This document shows positions 14,077-27,824 of a stretch of 64,000 nucleotides of DNA, piece by piece. Within the stretch, counting starts at the first letter, position 1, and the number at the start of each line of letters is the position of its first letter. Location of the stretch: assembly GCF_018350175.1 (NCBI RefSeq), contig NC_058368.1, forward strand, positions 166,162,001 to 166,226,000, read 5' to 3'. The DNA is from Felis catus. Taxonomy: Eukaryota. The notes below the pieces were generated by a model. It had not been told where the DNA came from, did not search any database, and saw nothing but the letters and a program-made list of their open reading frames with translations. The translations under genes and the position numbers were made by a program.

Positions 14077-14377
14077 AAATAAATCAGAAAAATTAGAAAT
14101 GAGTAAGTAAAATTACAGGGAATTGTTTTTACTTCTATAATTAACACATTTTTTATCAACTATTACTTTTGCATAATATTTTATAACATATATCAGCATT
14201 GCAAAACTGTCTTCTGTCCAAATTAATGGGCTTTTAAAATGTCTTACAATGTTATTGCTAATAAACCTAAGACCCCTTAAAAGAATGGTAATTGAAGGAA
14301 AAAGCAAAATTATAATTTAAAGCTTCTATTGCTTGGGATTTAAAATCATTATTCAAAATAAAAATTGTTACCTATTA

Positions 14378-14453
14378 AGACCATATGCTGTGTAAAATAT
14401 TCCTGTTGATGTCAACAGGAGTTTCAGTGAGGACATGGGCAACATATGGACCT
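14378..14453. repeat. short palindromic element, MER135-like ancient non-autonomous repeat
   Basis: Core TCCTGTTGA-TG-TCAACAGGA (14401-14420) plus outer arms GACCATATG / CATATGGAC; family assignment from memory. Confidence 0.45.
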
Positions 14454-14899
14454 GGCATTTTGTTAATTAAAAACAATGTTTTGCTACATTGACGTGTGTT
14501 CCAAAGAGGGATTCCTAGAGCCTAACACCAAGTTGCTGAGTTCACTCTTTTAGGAGACCAGTAATTATGCAGATGAGTGTTAGATCTGAAACACAGAGAT
14601 GTAACTTTAATGTTGTTCACCTGCTGACATTAGCATACAACCATTCTATTTTTAAGAATGATAGAAAAATCTAGTTGAAATTTTTTATTTAGATAAATGA
14701 AATTAATTTCAAGTAATTTCTTCGTGAATTGTGAAGACTATAAATGAGAACTGAATATTTATAAGAAAACATTTTTTTTTTTATCTTTTGAAGTATATGT
14801 AGAATTCCTTCTGGTATATTTATTGAATAAAATAGTCCAATTCTCCATGTGTCTTGCTATACACAATGAAATGATTTCACAAGAGGAATCTATTTCTCT

Positions 14900-15295
14900 A
14901 CACAATGACTCAAAGATAGATTTTTTTTATCTGCTTTGGCTAATAGAGTATGGTGAAAGTGATGATATCCCAGTATCAAAATTGGGCCTAATGGCCTTCA
15001 TTGCTTTCTGTCTTCTTTTTTTCTTGTGGATTCCTACCTGATCTATACTGTCAGAGGAAACATATGGAGCAGATACAATTCAGTCTAGCTGTCCCAGCTG
15101 AAAACCCAGAAATAGGAAAGAGCTTTGCAAAGATGAGCAAAGCTTCAGTGCTAATAGGCCCATGTGTGAGTGAGAACCAATTAGAAACACGGTCCATCAA
15201 GCTCATATGCTTGTGTGTAAAATTACATATGCTTATTGTTAGGCCACTGAATTTTGAGGTGGCATTATTATATAGCACTACTGTGGCATTATATT
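14900..15295 (+). mobile_element. MaLR LTR (MLT1-type)
   Basis: CTGCTTTGGCTAATAGAGT near 5' end; TTGTTAGGCCACTGAATTTTGAGGTGG..TTATATAGCA 3' end. Confidence 0.7.
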
Positions 15296-17624
15296 TCTAC
15301 AGCATCACTTCCTCTCCCTCACATACAAGGTATATCACTTCTGGAGTTAGCATCGATTTTCAAACACCAGAAAAAGGACATTCACAAAGACCACTAGTCA
15401 TGCAAAATCCAAAGCAAAAAATATGGCCTAGAGTGCTTACGTGAGCTACCATGAGGCATCAAAATATAGTTGTTTATAGAACAGATATAGATAGAGATCC
15501 AGGTTCCAATCTAAACATCAGCATTTACATACCTCCTCTATTAGTGTAGGTCAAGTGGCCCTTCTGCTCACTCCTGAAATAGAACCTGATTGCTCTTGTT
15601 GCTGTTGCTTCTCCTGACTAAACAGAAATATCTCTATGCACATTTTTCAAAGAGAAACTGATGTTTAAATGACTCATGTTAGATTTTAGATTTTACCAAT
15701 ATAGATCATTGATCGTAAAGCCAAAAAGACATTTTGTCTACCCCTTGTTAACTTTTGGATACCAATGCAAAGAGAAAGGTATGAGTGAAAGACACGAGGC
15801 TTCAGCATCAAGATATGAGTGAAAGACAGTCTTGTGTTATATTTGACAAAAGAAACTGTCAAAATATACGATTTTTCAAAGGTTTGTACTACATACGAAT
15901 GTGGAATGTCATTAAAAGTTAGCCAAACTAGAAAAACACATCTGTAAGTCATCAGAAAAAAAAAAAGGTACAACACATATACAAAAAGAAATTGCTTTTT
16001 CTCTTATAATAACTCAAAATGATCAATAATACTTTCTATTCTGTGTAGATACATAAGTATCATTCATTTGTATTGAAGCAGCAAGCAATGCTTTAGAAGA
16101 ATGCATGAGATAAACACACTATATTTTTTAGATGTTGTGAATGGGAAATGATTGTGTATCATTCTAATTTCCACAGAGTAAGTTTCAACTGTTCAATGTG
16201 ATGTACAGCTTTTACTGAAATTCAGAGACACCTAGATAGATGATGTGTGTAAGAATGTGAGTATGAGGAGCCAAAAGCCTAGCACTGCAAGGAAAGAAGG
16301 CTGCCATTTTTGTCCCTTAAAACTTCTAGTTGTTCAGGGTCAATGCACTGAAACTTAGAAAGAATAAGAATTGGAAACAAACTGTATCCGAATCATACCT
16401 TCCTCTAAGAAGTCAGCAGAGACTGAGAATGAAAGTAAAAGGGAACCAAAGGTATCACGATAGTTGAAAGTTAAGGTACAAAGGATTTGTTGGACTTCTG
16501 CTAGGACCCAAAATTTTCTAGTGATTCTAAACTGATCAAATGACCTCATATTCTCTCTTTCTTACTATCTTCCTCCCTTTTCCCTTTCCTTTCCTTTCCT
16601 TTATCTGGAGTTTAACTAGGAGAGAGGCATTTTCATCCATACTACGTGCTCAGGTCCCCCCAAAATTGTTTAGATCAGGAAGGTCAAAGAATCAAAAAAC
16701 ATTCTTTTAAAACATTTGCCAAGATGTTATTAATCTCTAATTGACCCTCAATTTTTGTGTACTACAGCACTTTCATGGTATGATGAGTTCCTGGACTCCA
16801 TGCCCTTATAAGAATTCAGCATACAGGAAGAAACTTCCCACACAGCTGGCAAGCATCCAACACAAAAATAGGTCTTCTGGGGCACCCAAATAAAGTCTCA
16901 GAAGAGAGCTATTACTTTGTCTTAGGAAATTCCAAACTTAAAACTGCCTTTTTTGCCTATCTTTTTTGTTGTGACATTGTTGAGAAACTAGATGTCAGCA
17001 AACTCTGGCTATTTTGGTTACCTTGTTCTGAGTAAAAGCATGTTTATTCAAGAGTGTAGAATTCATTACTTTTTATTCGCTAATATACAACACATACATG
17101 TAATTCACATCTTACCTCATTTTAGTGATCTCCTTATAATAATTGTGACTATTTTTTCTCTCAGATAATTGAATTGGAAGTGAAATGTCAAATATATATT
17201 AATGCCAAGGTCTACCTTTTCTAGATGCAGATTACATATATTGAACACTTTAAAGTAGTAGAGTATGATGCCTGCTAAAGGCAAAAGAAATGAGTTAATA
17301 AAGCTAATTTTATGCCTTATACCTATTCCTTGTGTTTGTAAAAGAAAATTAAATATATATCCTAAAAAATATACCAAACCAATTGGTCACGGAGTCAAAA
17401 GCTCTAGAACTTACTTTCATAGAATTAATGAGGCAGAACCATCTCTTCTTTCACAAACCCCCCTTTGACTTCACCAAATGTACAAACTTTGACTTGGCCA
17501 AAATAAAAGGGTTTGAAAGTATAAAAGTCTGTCCTACACTACCAAAGAAATGTTTGTATCAAACCATTCATTCAGTGATGTGAAATTAAGTTCCATGTAT
17601 TCGACACCTGAGTGTTTACTTGAA

Positions 17625-17860
17625 ACAGGTGACAGATGTATTAGGAAGAGCACAGGCTTGTGACTGAAATCCTGGCTTTAATTCTCAAAGTTCTGAATTC
17701 TTCAGCAAGTTTTTCAGTGTCTCAGAGTCTCATTTACTTAGAGGAGAATCTCAATCTCAAGATTTAAACTTATGGGTATGTGTTATGTAACTAGCATATC
17801 TGAATAATCCATACAAGTTGATTGGAACTCAATAAGGTATCAATAAATGCCTAGTCCCCT
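17625..17860 (+). mobile_element. MIR fragment
   Basis: AAGAGCACAGGCTT, AATCCTGGCT, CAAGTT..TCTCAGAGTCTCA, ends TCAATAAATG. Confidence 0.55.
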
Positions 17861-20427
17861 CCTTCGCTAATCAGAAATTCCTAAGTAGAAACTGTAAGAA
17901 GTCTATCAAAAGTAATGCCGCTATCCAGAAACACATGGAAAATCTAGAAATCCAAAACTAAATTTGATGGCAAAAAAATCAGAGAAATGAGATGCAGATA
18001 AACAACAAGATTTTCTGTGCCTAGTTTAAAAAAAAAAAAAAACATGACTGTCATTTAGAGGAAGAACCATAAAAAAATGCTACTTGAGAAGGGAAATGTG
18101 ATCTCAGAAAAGTGTCTTAAAATCAGTGCCTAACAAAACTCTGTCTTTCCTTTATTATAATTTCTTCTGTTATATATTCACATATTTAATCTCAGATCTA
18201 TAACTATCTTAAGAACAAAAAATTATATACAAATTTACTGAATACATTACTATCTACAACAATACAAGACTTACAAAAAATATTTTATTCTGGAAATTAT
18301 AGTAAAATTCAAAATGTGTCTTTGCCTGTTTTTAAACTTCTAACATTATTATTTTTTCAATTTTGGATGTTAAATTTATGAGTCATTCAGTTTACACTAA
18401 AATATAAAACATATTTTTTTCCTTCTAACTTTGATAGTGTTCTTTTTTCAGATGATTTTGAACATCTAGAAGTATACTAAATGAGAAAATGCTAACTGAA
18501 ACTATTTAGAAAATGAATTAATTCTCATATAATTGTGGATCAGAATAAATGTATCCAGTAATGTATATATTTATGAGAGGAGTATATTATATCATGCATC
18601 TCTTGTATATCTACTCTTAGATATATGACAAATATCTAAAAATATAATTTTGTAAACTATAAAACCTATGTTTAAAAAGAACATAATTTTAAATTATGAA
18701 CAAGAGTATTATACTCACCATAATATTTCAAAATATTAATAAAGAATATAAACTACCTTAAAAAGGACATTGAAAAGGACTTTAATTTTTATTAATGTTT
18801 TGAACTCAGAACTCATTTGAGCACAGAACTGTGAGACATGTTTTTCACGTTTCTCACCCTAGTTGATAAAAACCAATTTAGCTGCATTTGCAATAACAAA
18901 TTTGAAGATAATACTATATTGATTTAGGGTTTTTGTTTGAAATAGAATCCTACTGAGTTAGCTTATCACAAAAAGAAAGTTCATTTAAATATTACTTCTA
19001 AGACCCTCGCGCAGGGGTAAATCCTAACATCAGGAATTAATTAGAACCAGAACTAAAAGAACATCAAAATTCTTTCTCCCCCATCTCTGTTCCCAGTAAA
19101 TCTCTGGGCAGTTTAACTGTCCTGTCTCTGAAGAACACTTTTATGTTCTACATAGCTAGGCACAACTGACCCCAGCTTCCAAGTTTACTTCTCTTCCATT
19201 CCATTGATACATTAGACTATGTTCTGAATATCTTTGTTCTTCTAATTTCCAAAATAGAGAACTGTATTGGCCCTGGATGATGGGTCTATCCTGGACTAGT
19301 CTGTATTCTCCCACCTTATTTTTGTGCTTGGAGATTCCAGAGCTACTGGTGATGCTTGTGAGAGGGATTAGAACTGGGAAGTTTCCTGAATACCCAGCCA
19401 AGCCAACCAGAAAAAGTACAAGTAGGCACTGGTGATGCAGAGAAAAACAGATATTTTGCAGCAGTGGCCCAGTCAGGAAAAGGAGAATTCAGAACAGCAG
19501 AACCAGTGGCAGAGGGAGAAAGGAAAGGAAAAGGAAGGAAAGGGTAGGAAAGGAAAGAGGAAAAAGGAAAAAGGAGAGGAAGAATGATTACAGAACATCA
19601 GCCTCTCACTTGTGCATTTCAGCCAAACCTTTTTTCAGTGTAGTAAAGAAAACCGGTGTTATAAGCTCTGCTCTTCATGAGTCTATCAAAGTGAATACTG
19701 GCCTAGAATATGGCATCCTTATTATAAAAAAAAAAAATCAAATGATTTTCTTTTACAAATTTTCATAATAGCATAGATCTTTTCTCATCATAAGCCTGGT
19801 AAAAAATTAGGTGGAAGAAAATTAATTTCTCATAGATTACCTCTCCCAAATTGTGAATACAAGAGACTGGTTAAAAATTGGCCACATAGAATTTGCTTGA
19901 TATGTTTTCGATGTAGATCTCAAATGGTGTTAGAATAGAATTCTCAGCATACCATTAGCATAACTTTCATTTCCCTGTGGGCTTCCAGCTGAAAATAAAC
20001 TCCAGTCAGTTTCCTTATCTCTGTTCCCAATAGAAGAGAAAAGATAGCTAATCTTTCAGTACAATTAGGTATAGAGAAAAGATCAAGGGTTTTTCTAAAA
20101 GAACCAGATACCTCCTGCCAGAAATTTTATCTTCAAGGGTTATCAGGAGTTGTCTAAAGTCTTTCCCCAAATATAAGAATTAGAGGACTCTCTGGGATGC
20201 TTTTGAGGAGACATAACTGGAGTGGCCTGACAATAGGATAAGTTGTGAAAAACAGTATTGGTCCTGCCACAATTACCCTGAATTAAAAAAAGATAAATGC
20301 AATGTGTGAACGTGTGTTAAATAACATTGCTCCATTTTCCCACTGAAGATTAGCCAGGCTTAATGTAGGCTATGTCCTGAGGGGTAAGTGAAATTAACCA
20401 CTAGTTTTTAGTCCAATTAACCTAGAA

Positions 20428-20578
20428 CAGTGCCTCCCATAATACAGCATGCATCCCAGTCACTACAAAGACTGATAAAAACAGAGCTTGCTGGGTGCCA
20501 CTCCATGTTTTCTGATTCTAACAAATTCCCAAGTGAAAATGATGATGCTTGGTGCTGGATCCACACTTTGAGAATAGT
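20428..20578. mobile_element. MER5A-like hAT-Charlie MITE (internally deleted)
   Basis: CAGTG start, TCTAACAAATTCCCAAGTGA, CCACACTTTGAGAA end. Confidence 0.7.
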
Positions 20579-20888
20579 TATAATTAAACCAAGATGCTAC
20601 TGAGTGGTTCAAATATTAAAAGATTTGTCTTTCAAGATTCATAGTATATGCTACTTCCATCACGTGGCAAAGCCAAATAATAATTATAAAAACAATAATA
20701 ACAATGATAACAGAGTAAGGAAACTTTACGTAACTACAGATGAAGACTGAAGTCTGTTGCTTTTACACTAAGGTTGGTAATGGCCTATTATTTTAATAGG
20801 CACATCTTTTTTGAAGAGCTCTAAAAGCATAAGTTTAACATCTCTACTAATACAAAAATACAAACGATATACAGAATTATTCATTTGC

Positions 20889-21133
20889 ATAATATATTAT
20901 TCCTTATATAATATATATTATATATATTATGTATAATATATATTATTATTATATTATTATTATTTATATATTATTTATATATTATTATATAATAATTATA
21001 TATAATATATATATTATTTATATATTATTTATATATTATTATTATTTATATATATTATATATATAAATATATAATTATATATAATAATATATAATAATTA
21101 TATAATATATACTATAATATATTATTCCTTATA
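20889..21133. repeat. AT-only low-complexity tract
   Basis: Almost pure A/T, bounded by a perfect 20-bp direct repeat ATAATATATTATTCCTTATA. Confidence 0.9.
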
Positions 21134-21147
21134 AATTATATTGCAAA

Positions 21148-21320
21148 TCACAATTCAAACTTCAAGCAGAGAACTTGCTAAAAATCAGATTCTTGGTGTG
21201 TATCCCCAAATGTTAATTATGTGAGTCATAACTGGGCCTCAGAATCTATTTGTTTAATAGGCAATCATGTGACTCCTGTGTAGGGAGCTAGCAGACTACA
21301 TTCTGGGATATATTGCTTCT
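21148..21320. mobile_element. MER5-like MITE
   Basis: AAAAATCAGATTCTTGG, GGGCCTCAGAATCT, GACTACATTCTGGGA. Confidence 0.55.
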
Positions 21321-24300
21321 AGATGACACTGTGAGTTAGAAAGAGTCTGATTATTCTTCTGTTTTGGTTATTCTTCTGTTTTACTAATGCGGAAATACAG
21401 TCAGAGAAATAATGCATTATTCAATGTCCCTAGGTTGGTAAGTGTTAGTTTCAGAACTCAAACTGAAGTCTTTTGACTTTGAGCTTCATGCTTCTACTCA
21501 CCATATTGCATTATGTTTTGGGTTTTTTTGTAATGGATTTTTTATTTTCATTTTTGGGGGCTTAAACAGGTAATGTGCAGTCCCCTGAGATTTAGAATTG
21601 CAAAGTGCTAAGGCATTGTATGACTGTAACTTCATTTTCAAAAATCTTGTTTTAATGTTCTTTTATCCAATTTAAGTTCTACTCTATTCAGAAATCCTAA
21701 TCTCATACCATCTTTTTTATCTTTTCTCATTACCATATCACATTATCTTAAAAATATGGATGAAACTAGTATTCATTAAAGTTCAAGGGTATAAAGAAAT
21801 TTAACTAATATTGATACAGTAGCATTATTTATTTGTTGCTACTTTGTTGATATAATTTACTATTTTGGAATCCCAGACACCAATGGTCTTCCCAATAGGT
21901 TTGCAATCCAAGAAGGAAAGAGCATTTTAAGTTCATACAGAATGTAATTGATTCTGTCTATACAATGCTGAATAAAACAGCATGAGGAAACACATGCTTA
22001 AGCAAAGTCTTAACACTAAAAGAACTTACTAAAATAGCATGAAACTTGAACTGTTTTCTATCTGCTCTGCTTAGAAAAAGTTTTAAGTTATATGAAATAT
22101 ATCTGATAAAATGCCAGTGGGAAGTACTAAATTTACTTAATAAATACATACCACTTCTATCAAACTACGAAGGGGGGAGGGGGCTTGCAAAATTTCCAGA
22201 GTTTTCACCAGTTCTGTATTTATGATTTGAAATATATTTATTTCATCATATAAAATGTTTGGAAAATACTGTCATGTTATTCTGATATGACATATTAAGT
22301 TTCACATGGAATTAATTCCAAATTTTAGTCCATTTGATCTCTTGACTCTTAAGAAAAAGGTTGATCTACATTTAACCCTACTCAGAAATAAACCTTCTAT
22401 TTTCTTTTCAGCAGCTCAGAGTTCAATGTCATGCATATTCATTCATATACTAGAACTTTTGTTAACAATTGAAACTATGAGTGCAAGAGGAACACTTTCC
22501 AGCCCTCACCAAGGATCTGGGGTGGATCAAAAAGAGCTGTTAAATGATGATTAAACTCTTACATCCCTGTAAGCTCCCTCTGACTGGCTAATGGGAAAAA
22601 GCTGGTGAAAAACATTTCTCTCTGTTGTCAAGCCAGCATTATATATTATGAACACTGTTTCAACTGGACTTCTTAGCAGTTTCATAAAAGAAAGCCATTA
22701 GGATTTTTTTTTCTATATGCCTTAGTTTATGTGCTGCTTAATTGTAATGGAATAGTAAGAGTTTCCTTCTGGCTTGCTCAATGATTTCCCTCTTCTTGAA
22801 TTTCTATTTTCCATATGTGTTTAATATGTCAAACAATCATAGGTAAGAACAGAAAACTATATTCACTACATGCAAAGAAAAAAATTATGTGCAGACTAAA
22901 TCGATATCCATGGCTTGCACACTATCTGTGGATTTTGTGCTTCCCAACTCTAAGCAGACAAACTGGATATGCTTTAATCAGTTTTGTTTTCATAGACTTT
23001 AGAACCCCTTTTTTAATTAGCATAATGAACAAATAGCTTCTTCCATCTCATCCTTGTCTCCAAAAAGAGTCATTAAAATGATTGCATTTATCTTGTTAAA
23101 GAGGAACTTTCATTCCACCCTAACCCTGATTTAGTTTCATAAAGCTGAGCACTTTAGGAAGTAGAAACACTTAAAAAATGCCCAGGTTTTGAACTTTAGT
23201 CTAAATCCTTTTGTGAGCTAAAAGAATTTTCCTTACTAAGCAATGTAGTGAGTCTATATAAAAACCTCTATGGAATAAAATGTCAGTTTATAAATCCTCT
23301 GGCTTTCTAGTTTATGTGAAGCTCTTAGTCTTTCTGTTTCCATCCAACAGTAAGATTGTTACCTCCTGAGGTAAGTTGAATGGAATAAATTACTCGAAAA
23401 CATTTCCTAGAATAAAACCATGGTTTTAGTGTTGTCATAGTCTGTAATCACAGAGTGATTAAAACTGTCCGTCCCTACTCTTTATCACAGTAACTAGAAT
23501 ACTGTCTTGTTTTTACTGTCAACACTCAACATCTAGGATACCTAAAATGAAGGCAAGTTCTTGTTGATACTATACCTTATAGTCAGGACTCTTAAGATTT
23601 TGGCACGTTCACCGATATTTCTCACTTAACAAATGGCCTAAAAAATCACTCTAATAATAACTTGTATTTTAACTCTAATTAGGCAAAATTGTTTTTCTAT
23701 CTACTCTGGTAGTATGGCCTAATTCAACTTCTTAATTTGATATATTAAGGCTATTGTACATAGCAAGAGAATTAGCATAACATATTAACTCTTTCCTTCC
23801 ATTACTGATACGAATAAAGGGTTAACCATTAACCAAATATTTGTAATAAAAAAATTCAGGATTTTAAAGACTATTTCTAATTGTTCTTCTCTAAAATTTA
23901 ATTCACACAAGTTATTTTTTAAGTTACTTACTTTTAAAAATGTGGTAATATATAGTTTATCCACAAAGTTGATCAGCAAAGGTAAAAGAGATAACTTTAG
24001 TAGCTATGTACGTTTTTCTTGCTAACAGCTAGTTTTTCTTAGTCATGATACATTTTTGAAAATAAGTTTTCAAGTTTCTAGAGTTTCATGTGAGTTTACT
24101 ATAACATTAGAAATAGACTGTCTTTTTAGTTTCACAAATTATATTTTCTTAGGGTGTGGAAATAAAATCACATAACCTGGCTAGTAAACCTTCAGTTTAC
24201 GTAGTCAATTCAACTTAGTAAACATTTATGTTTAGACCATGATACTAATGATGTAAAGAATCTCAATGTGTAAAAAGTATGATCCTAATTTTAAGGCATT

Positions 24301-24639
24301 TATAATCTTGGAAATAATTAGAAATGTCTCACTCTAATGATAACCATAATGATCAACAGTTAGAGACTGTTAATTTGAATAACCACAAAATCACCTGATA
24401 CATAATTGTCTATGTCATGTCCAAAATTCAGAAAGTTACTCTGAAAAGGGCCCTCATGAATTACATATGAATAATATATAGGCTTACAGATTTTACTTCA
24501 TTATAAGAAATGGAAAGAGGAAGATTTTTCTCACCCTATGTTGAGAATGTTTCCACTTATCTTGCTCAGTATCCCCATTCAATGTCCCTTATAACAAGTC
24601 TTCTTAACATGGAGATCTTTTAAAGGCCTGACACATTTA

Positions 24640-24862
24640 GGGGTGCCTGGGTGGTTCAGTCAGTTAAGCGTCCGACTTCAGCTCAGGTCATGATCTTACT
24701 GTTTGTGAGTTCGAGCCCTGCGTCAGGCTCTGTGCTGACAGCTCAGAGCCTGGAGCCTGCTTCGGATTCTGTGTCTCCCTCTCTCTCTGCCCCTCCCCTG
24801 CTCATGCTCACTCTCTCTCTCTCCCTCTCTCTCAAAAATAAATAAACATTAAAAAAAAAAAA
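24640..24862 (+). mobile_element. Can-SINE
   Basis: Full-length head, body and poly(A). Confidence 0.97.
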
Positions 24863-25009
24863 AGAATGGATACATTTCCTTATACTGAATAGACACAATT
24901 TTGAAAGCCAATATGCTTTCCTTTATCTTTCTGGGCTTGAGGTAGGGGAGGTTAATTATTAAAAATTAAAATTACTTTTAAGTGACTTTTTAATTATTTT
25001 AGTCTGAAG

Positions 25010-26600
25010 CAGTGATCTTAAAATAAGACCTATAGATGGTCACTGAGATTCTTTCAGGAGGTCTATGAGGTCAAAACTATTTTTATAACACTACTAAGAT
25101 GACATTTGCCTTTTTTATTATGCTGACTTTTTACTGCTATTACCAAAGCAACAGTGGTTTAATAGGGCAAAGATTAAGGTAAGTTAAGTGAGACACTCAC
25201 CCTGCGTGCAAAATTTAAGGGAACACCAAAAAAGATCAGTCATCGACAATATTTAGTGCAGTATTTTAAAAATCAAAATTTATGCAAAAATACATGATGC
25301 AAAAAATTAAATTTTAAATAAAGAACAATGCCATGCTAAGCAACACTGGGGTCTGAGTAAAAAAATTTCATATTTCAGTATTTTTAAACTACATTAAAAT
25401 TCTGGAAAAAGTAATAATTAAAAATACATTAAAACATATATAAACATATGCATATACAATTAAAATATATAAAATATACATGAAACACACAAGAACACAA
25501 ACATAATTCATTTTGTGTCAGGCTCCAATATAGCATGTCAAGGCACTGGTAACTAAAATTGCTGTATGTCTTACCATGAATCAAGACAGTGGCACAAAAT
25601 TGTATTAGCAGCCATCACCATAAGGTACTTGTAGCAAAGAGAAAAATTTTTATTACAAATTAATTTCTTTAATAAGGCAGAGTAAACCTTGGTTCTTGAA
25701 TGTTTTTAATGTTTTTTAATATTCTGTACATTAAATTGGAAGTATGCATAAAGTGCTGCATACCACACTACCATTGCTGTATTCAAGGGATAAAAAGTTT
25801 TCCAATTGTTTGAGTTGTAAGCTGAACTAGCCACTTTTCTCATTAAATTCTATTTTAACTCAAATGGGTGGCTAATCAAAAAACTAGAATTATTCAGAGC
25901 TGGGTATTTGGCACAAAGTTTGTTGAAGATAGATGAAATGAGAGAGTTACATCAAGAAGACAAAAAATGACATGATTGTTCCCCAGTGACACAATTTGAG
26001 CCTCCATACAGATAGCATTTTGGAAAAAATTTTATCTGAAAAGAGATTTGTAGTAGATTGCATCAAAATTTGGCAAGGTTGTGTGTCAATAAGCTAATAT
26101 TTTCTGAAGGACAGATTTAAATAATCTCCTCAAAGTGTAAGACAGACCAATTAATTTTAATGTAAAAGAGTAAAAGTCTATTTATATGTCTTCAGATTCC
26201 ATATTGTAACTAGTCTTTGAAAGATGACTACTTAGACAATTGGGATATTGTATCAAAGAAAAATTTTCATGATTATCCAAAAAGGTTATTAACATCCCTT
26301 CCCTTTTCCAGTTATACATCTGTATAAGGCTACAATTTCTATCACCTACTTCAGCCAAAACAAAATATTTCAATAGGCTGAATGTAAAAGCAAATAGAAG
26401 AATCTAGCTGTTCTCTATAAAACAAGACATGGAAGAACTTTGTAAAATCCAGGCTGTCTTATATGTTTCTGAAACTATGGTTACATTTCACAAAATATGC
26501 AACACATTTAAGTTACCATGTGATGGTTTGTTATTATATTTAAAGAAATCAATTAAAATATTTTTAAATTTTTTCAGTGCTATTTTTTAATATAAATTAA
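25010..26600. mobile_element. Charlie1-like hAT transposon remnant
   Basis: CAGTG terminus; TGAGGTCAAAACTATTTT; GAGTTGTAAGCTGAACTAGCCACTTTT; AGGTTATTAACATCCCTTCCC. Confidence 0.7.
25162..25548. mobile_element. MER96B-like hAT-Tip100 MITE nested in Charlie1
   Basis: GTGAGACACTCACCC..GCAAAATTTAAGGG start; CAGGCTCCAATATAGC..GGCACTG end. Confidence 0.65.
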
Positions 26601-26639
26601 ATATTTATCTACCCATGGCCATTGGCAAAACAGAATTGC

Positions 26640-27560
26640 ATAGCCAGAGCATTGGAGTCATGAGGACTTGATGTAAGATGTATGTAGAAAAGTTGGTAGG
26701 ATAAGGTTTACAAAGAGATCATTACAATATACTAAGAAATTTAATTTCTTAAATAAAAAAGTGACATATTCAGAAGTTTCAGGAATGTAATTCTCTTGGC
26801 CTCCTGGAACACTGAAAGGAAGAAACTGGAAGCAAGAAAATAAATGACTTGCAAAAATTGAAGTGAGGGATCATTGAAACCCAGACCAAGTCAGTGTCAG
26901 CAATGAAAGAAAGCAGGATTATATCCAAGGGATATTTAGGAGACAAAGTCTTCAGGAATGATTTAACACCGAATTGTGTAGTTAATGAGGAAGAAAAGGG
27001 TTTGGTGAAGAGTTTCATCAATTGGGTAGATGGAGATTACATCATCTCAAATGTAAAACACAAGGGGCGCCTGGGTGGCGCAGTCGGTTAAGCGTCCGAC
27101 TTCAGCCAGGTCACGATCTCGCGGTCCGGGAGTTCGAGCCCCGCGTCAGGCTCTGGGCTGATGGCTCAGAGCCTGGAGCCTGTTTCCAATTCTGTGTCTC
27201 CCTCTCTCTCTGCCCCTCCCCCGTTCATGCTCTGTCTCTCTCTGTCCCAAAAATAAATAAACGTTGAAAAAAAAATTAAAAAAAAATGTAAAACACAAGA
27301 TGTGGTCATGTTTTGGTGACGAAATAAAGTAAGCTCTGGATACGATGAACTTGGAAAGACTATAAGATATCATAAAAGTAGAGCAGGCAAATATATTTCT
27401 ATCTGATAGCCCTAGAGGAGATCTAGATTTGGAAGCAAGCAATTAGGAGTCATTAGGATAAAGCAGTCGTCACATGCATGGAAGTGATTAAGATTACCAA
27501 AGGGAAATTTGTAGATTAAGAAGAGACTGACGTTAAAATGCCACACGTTACCAACATATT
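26640..27560 (-). mobile_element. L2 fragments, interrupted by a SINE
   Basis: Purine-rich antisense L2-like sequence continuing on both sides of the SINE. Confidence 0.5.
27064..27283 (+). mobile_element. young felid Can-SINE (SINEC_Fc type)
   Basis: About 14 intact CpGs; CAGCCAGGTCACGATCTCGCGG variant; perfect TSD AAATGTAAAACACAA at 27049-27063 and 27284-27298. Confidence 0.98.
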
Positions 27561-27824
27561 TGCTCTTTAAAAAGAAAAACAATAATGTTCTCACTATGAA
27601 ATGCCAGAACTGATTTTCACATAGTCCAAAGAGTATGCACTCAAAACTCTGCAATATGAGATAAACTTTTACAAATCACTCTAATTCCTATTCAAGGGAA
27701 AGTTTTTTTGTTTGTTTTGTTTTCATAGTGGGCCAAAATAAACTTTGCTAAGCAAAATTTTATGATTCAGTTGAAAAAAATTAACACAAAAATTTTCCTC
27801 ATTTTGTTCTTGGATGTCCCTGTT

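Noticed and set aside
15001..15444. 147-aa ORF
   Set aside because: Mostly within an MLT1 LTR; non-ATG start; no homology
15705..15785. Possible 74-nt plus-strand exon ending AAG/GTATGA
   Set aside because: Poor polypyrimidine tract and unrecognised peptides
22500..22950. PHQGSG and SIFHMC..IIG..LNR resembling bornavirus N
   Set aside because: Found in a region picked as a control; needs several gaps and shows how easily such matches arise by eye
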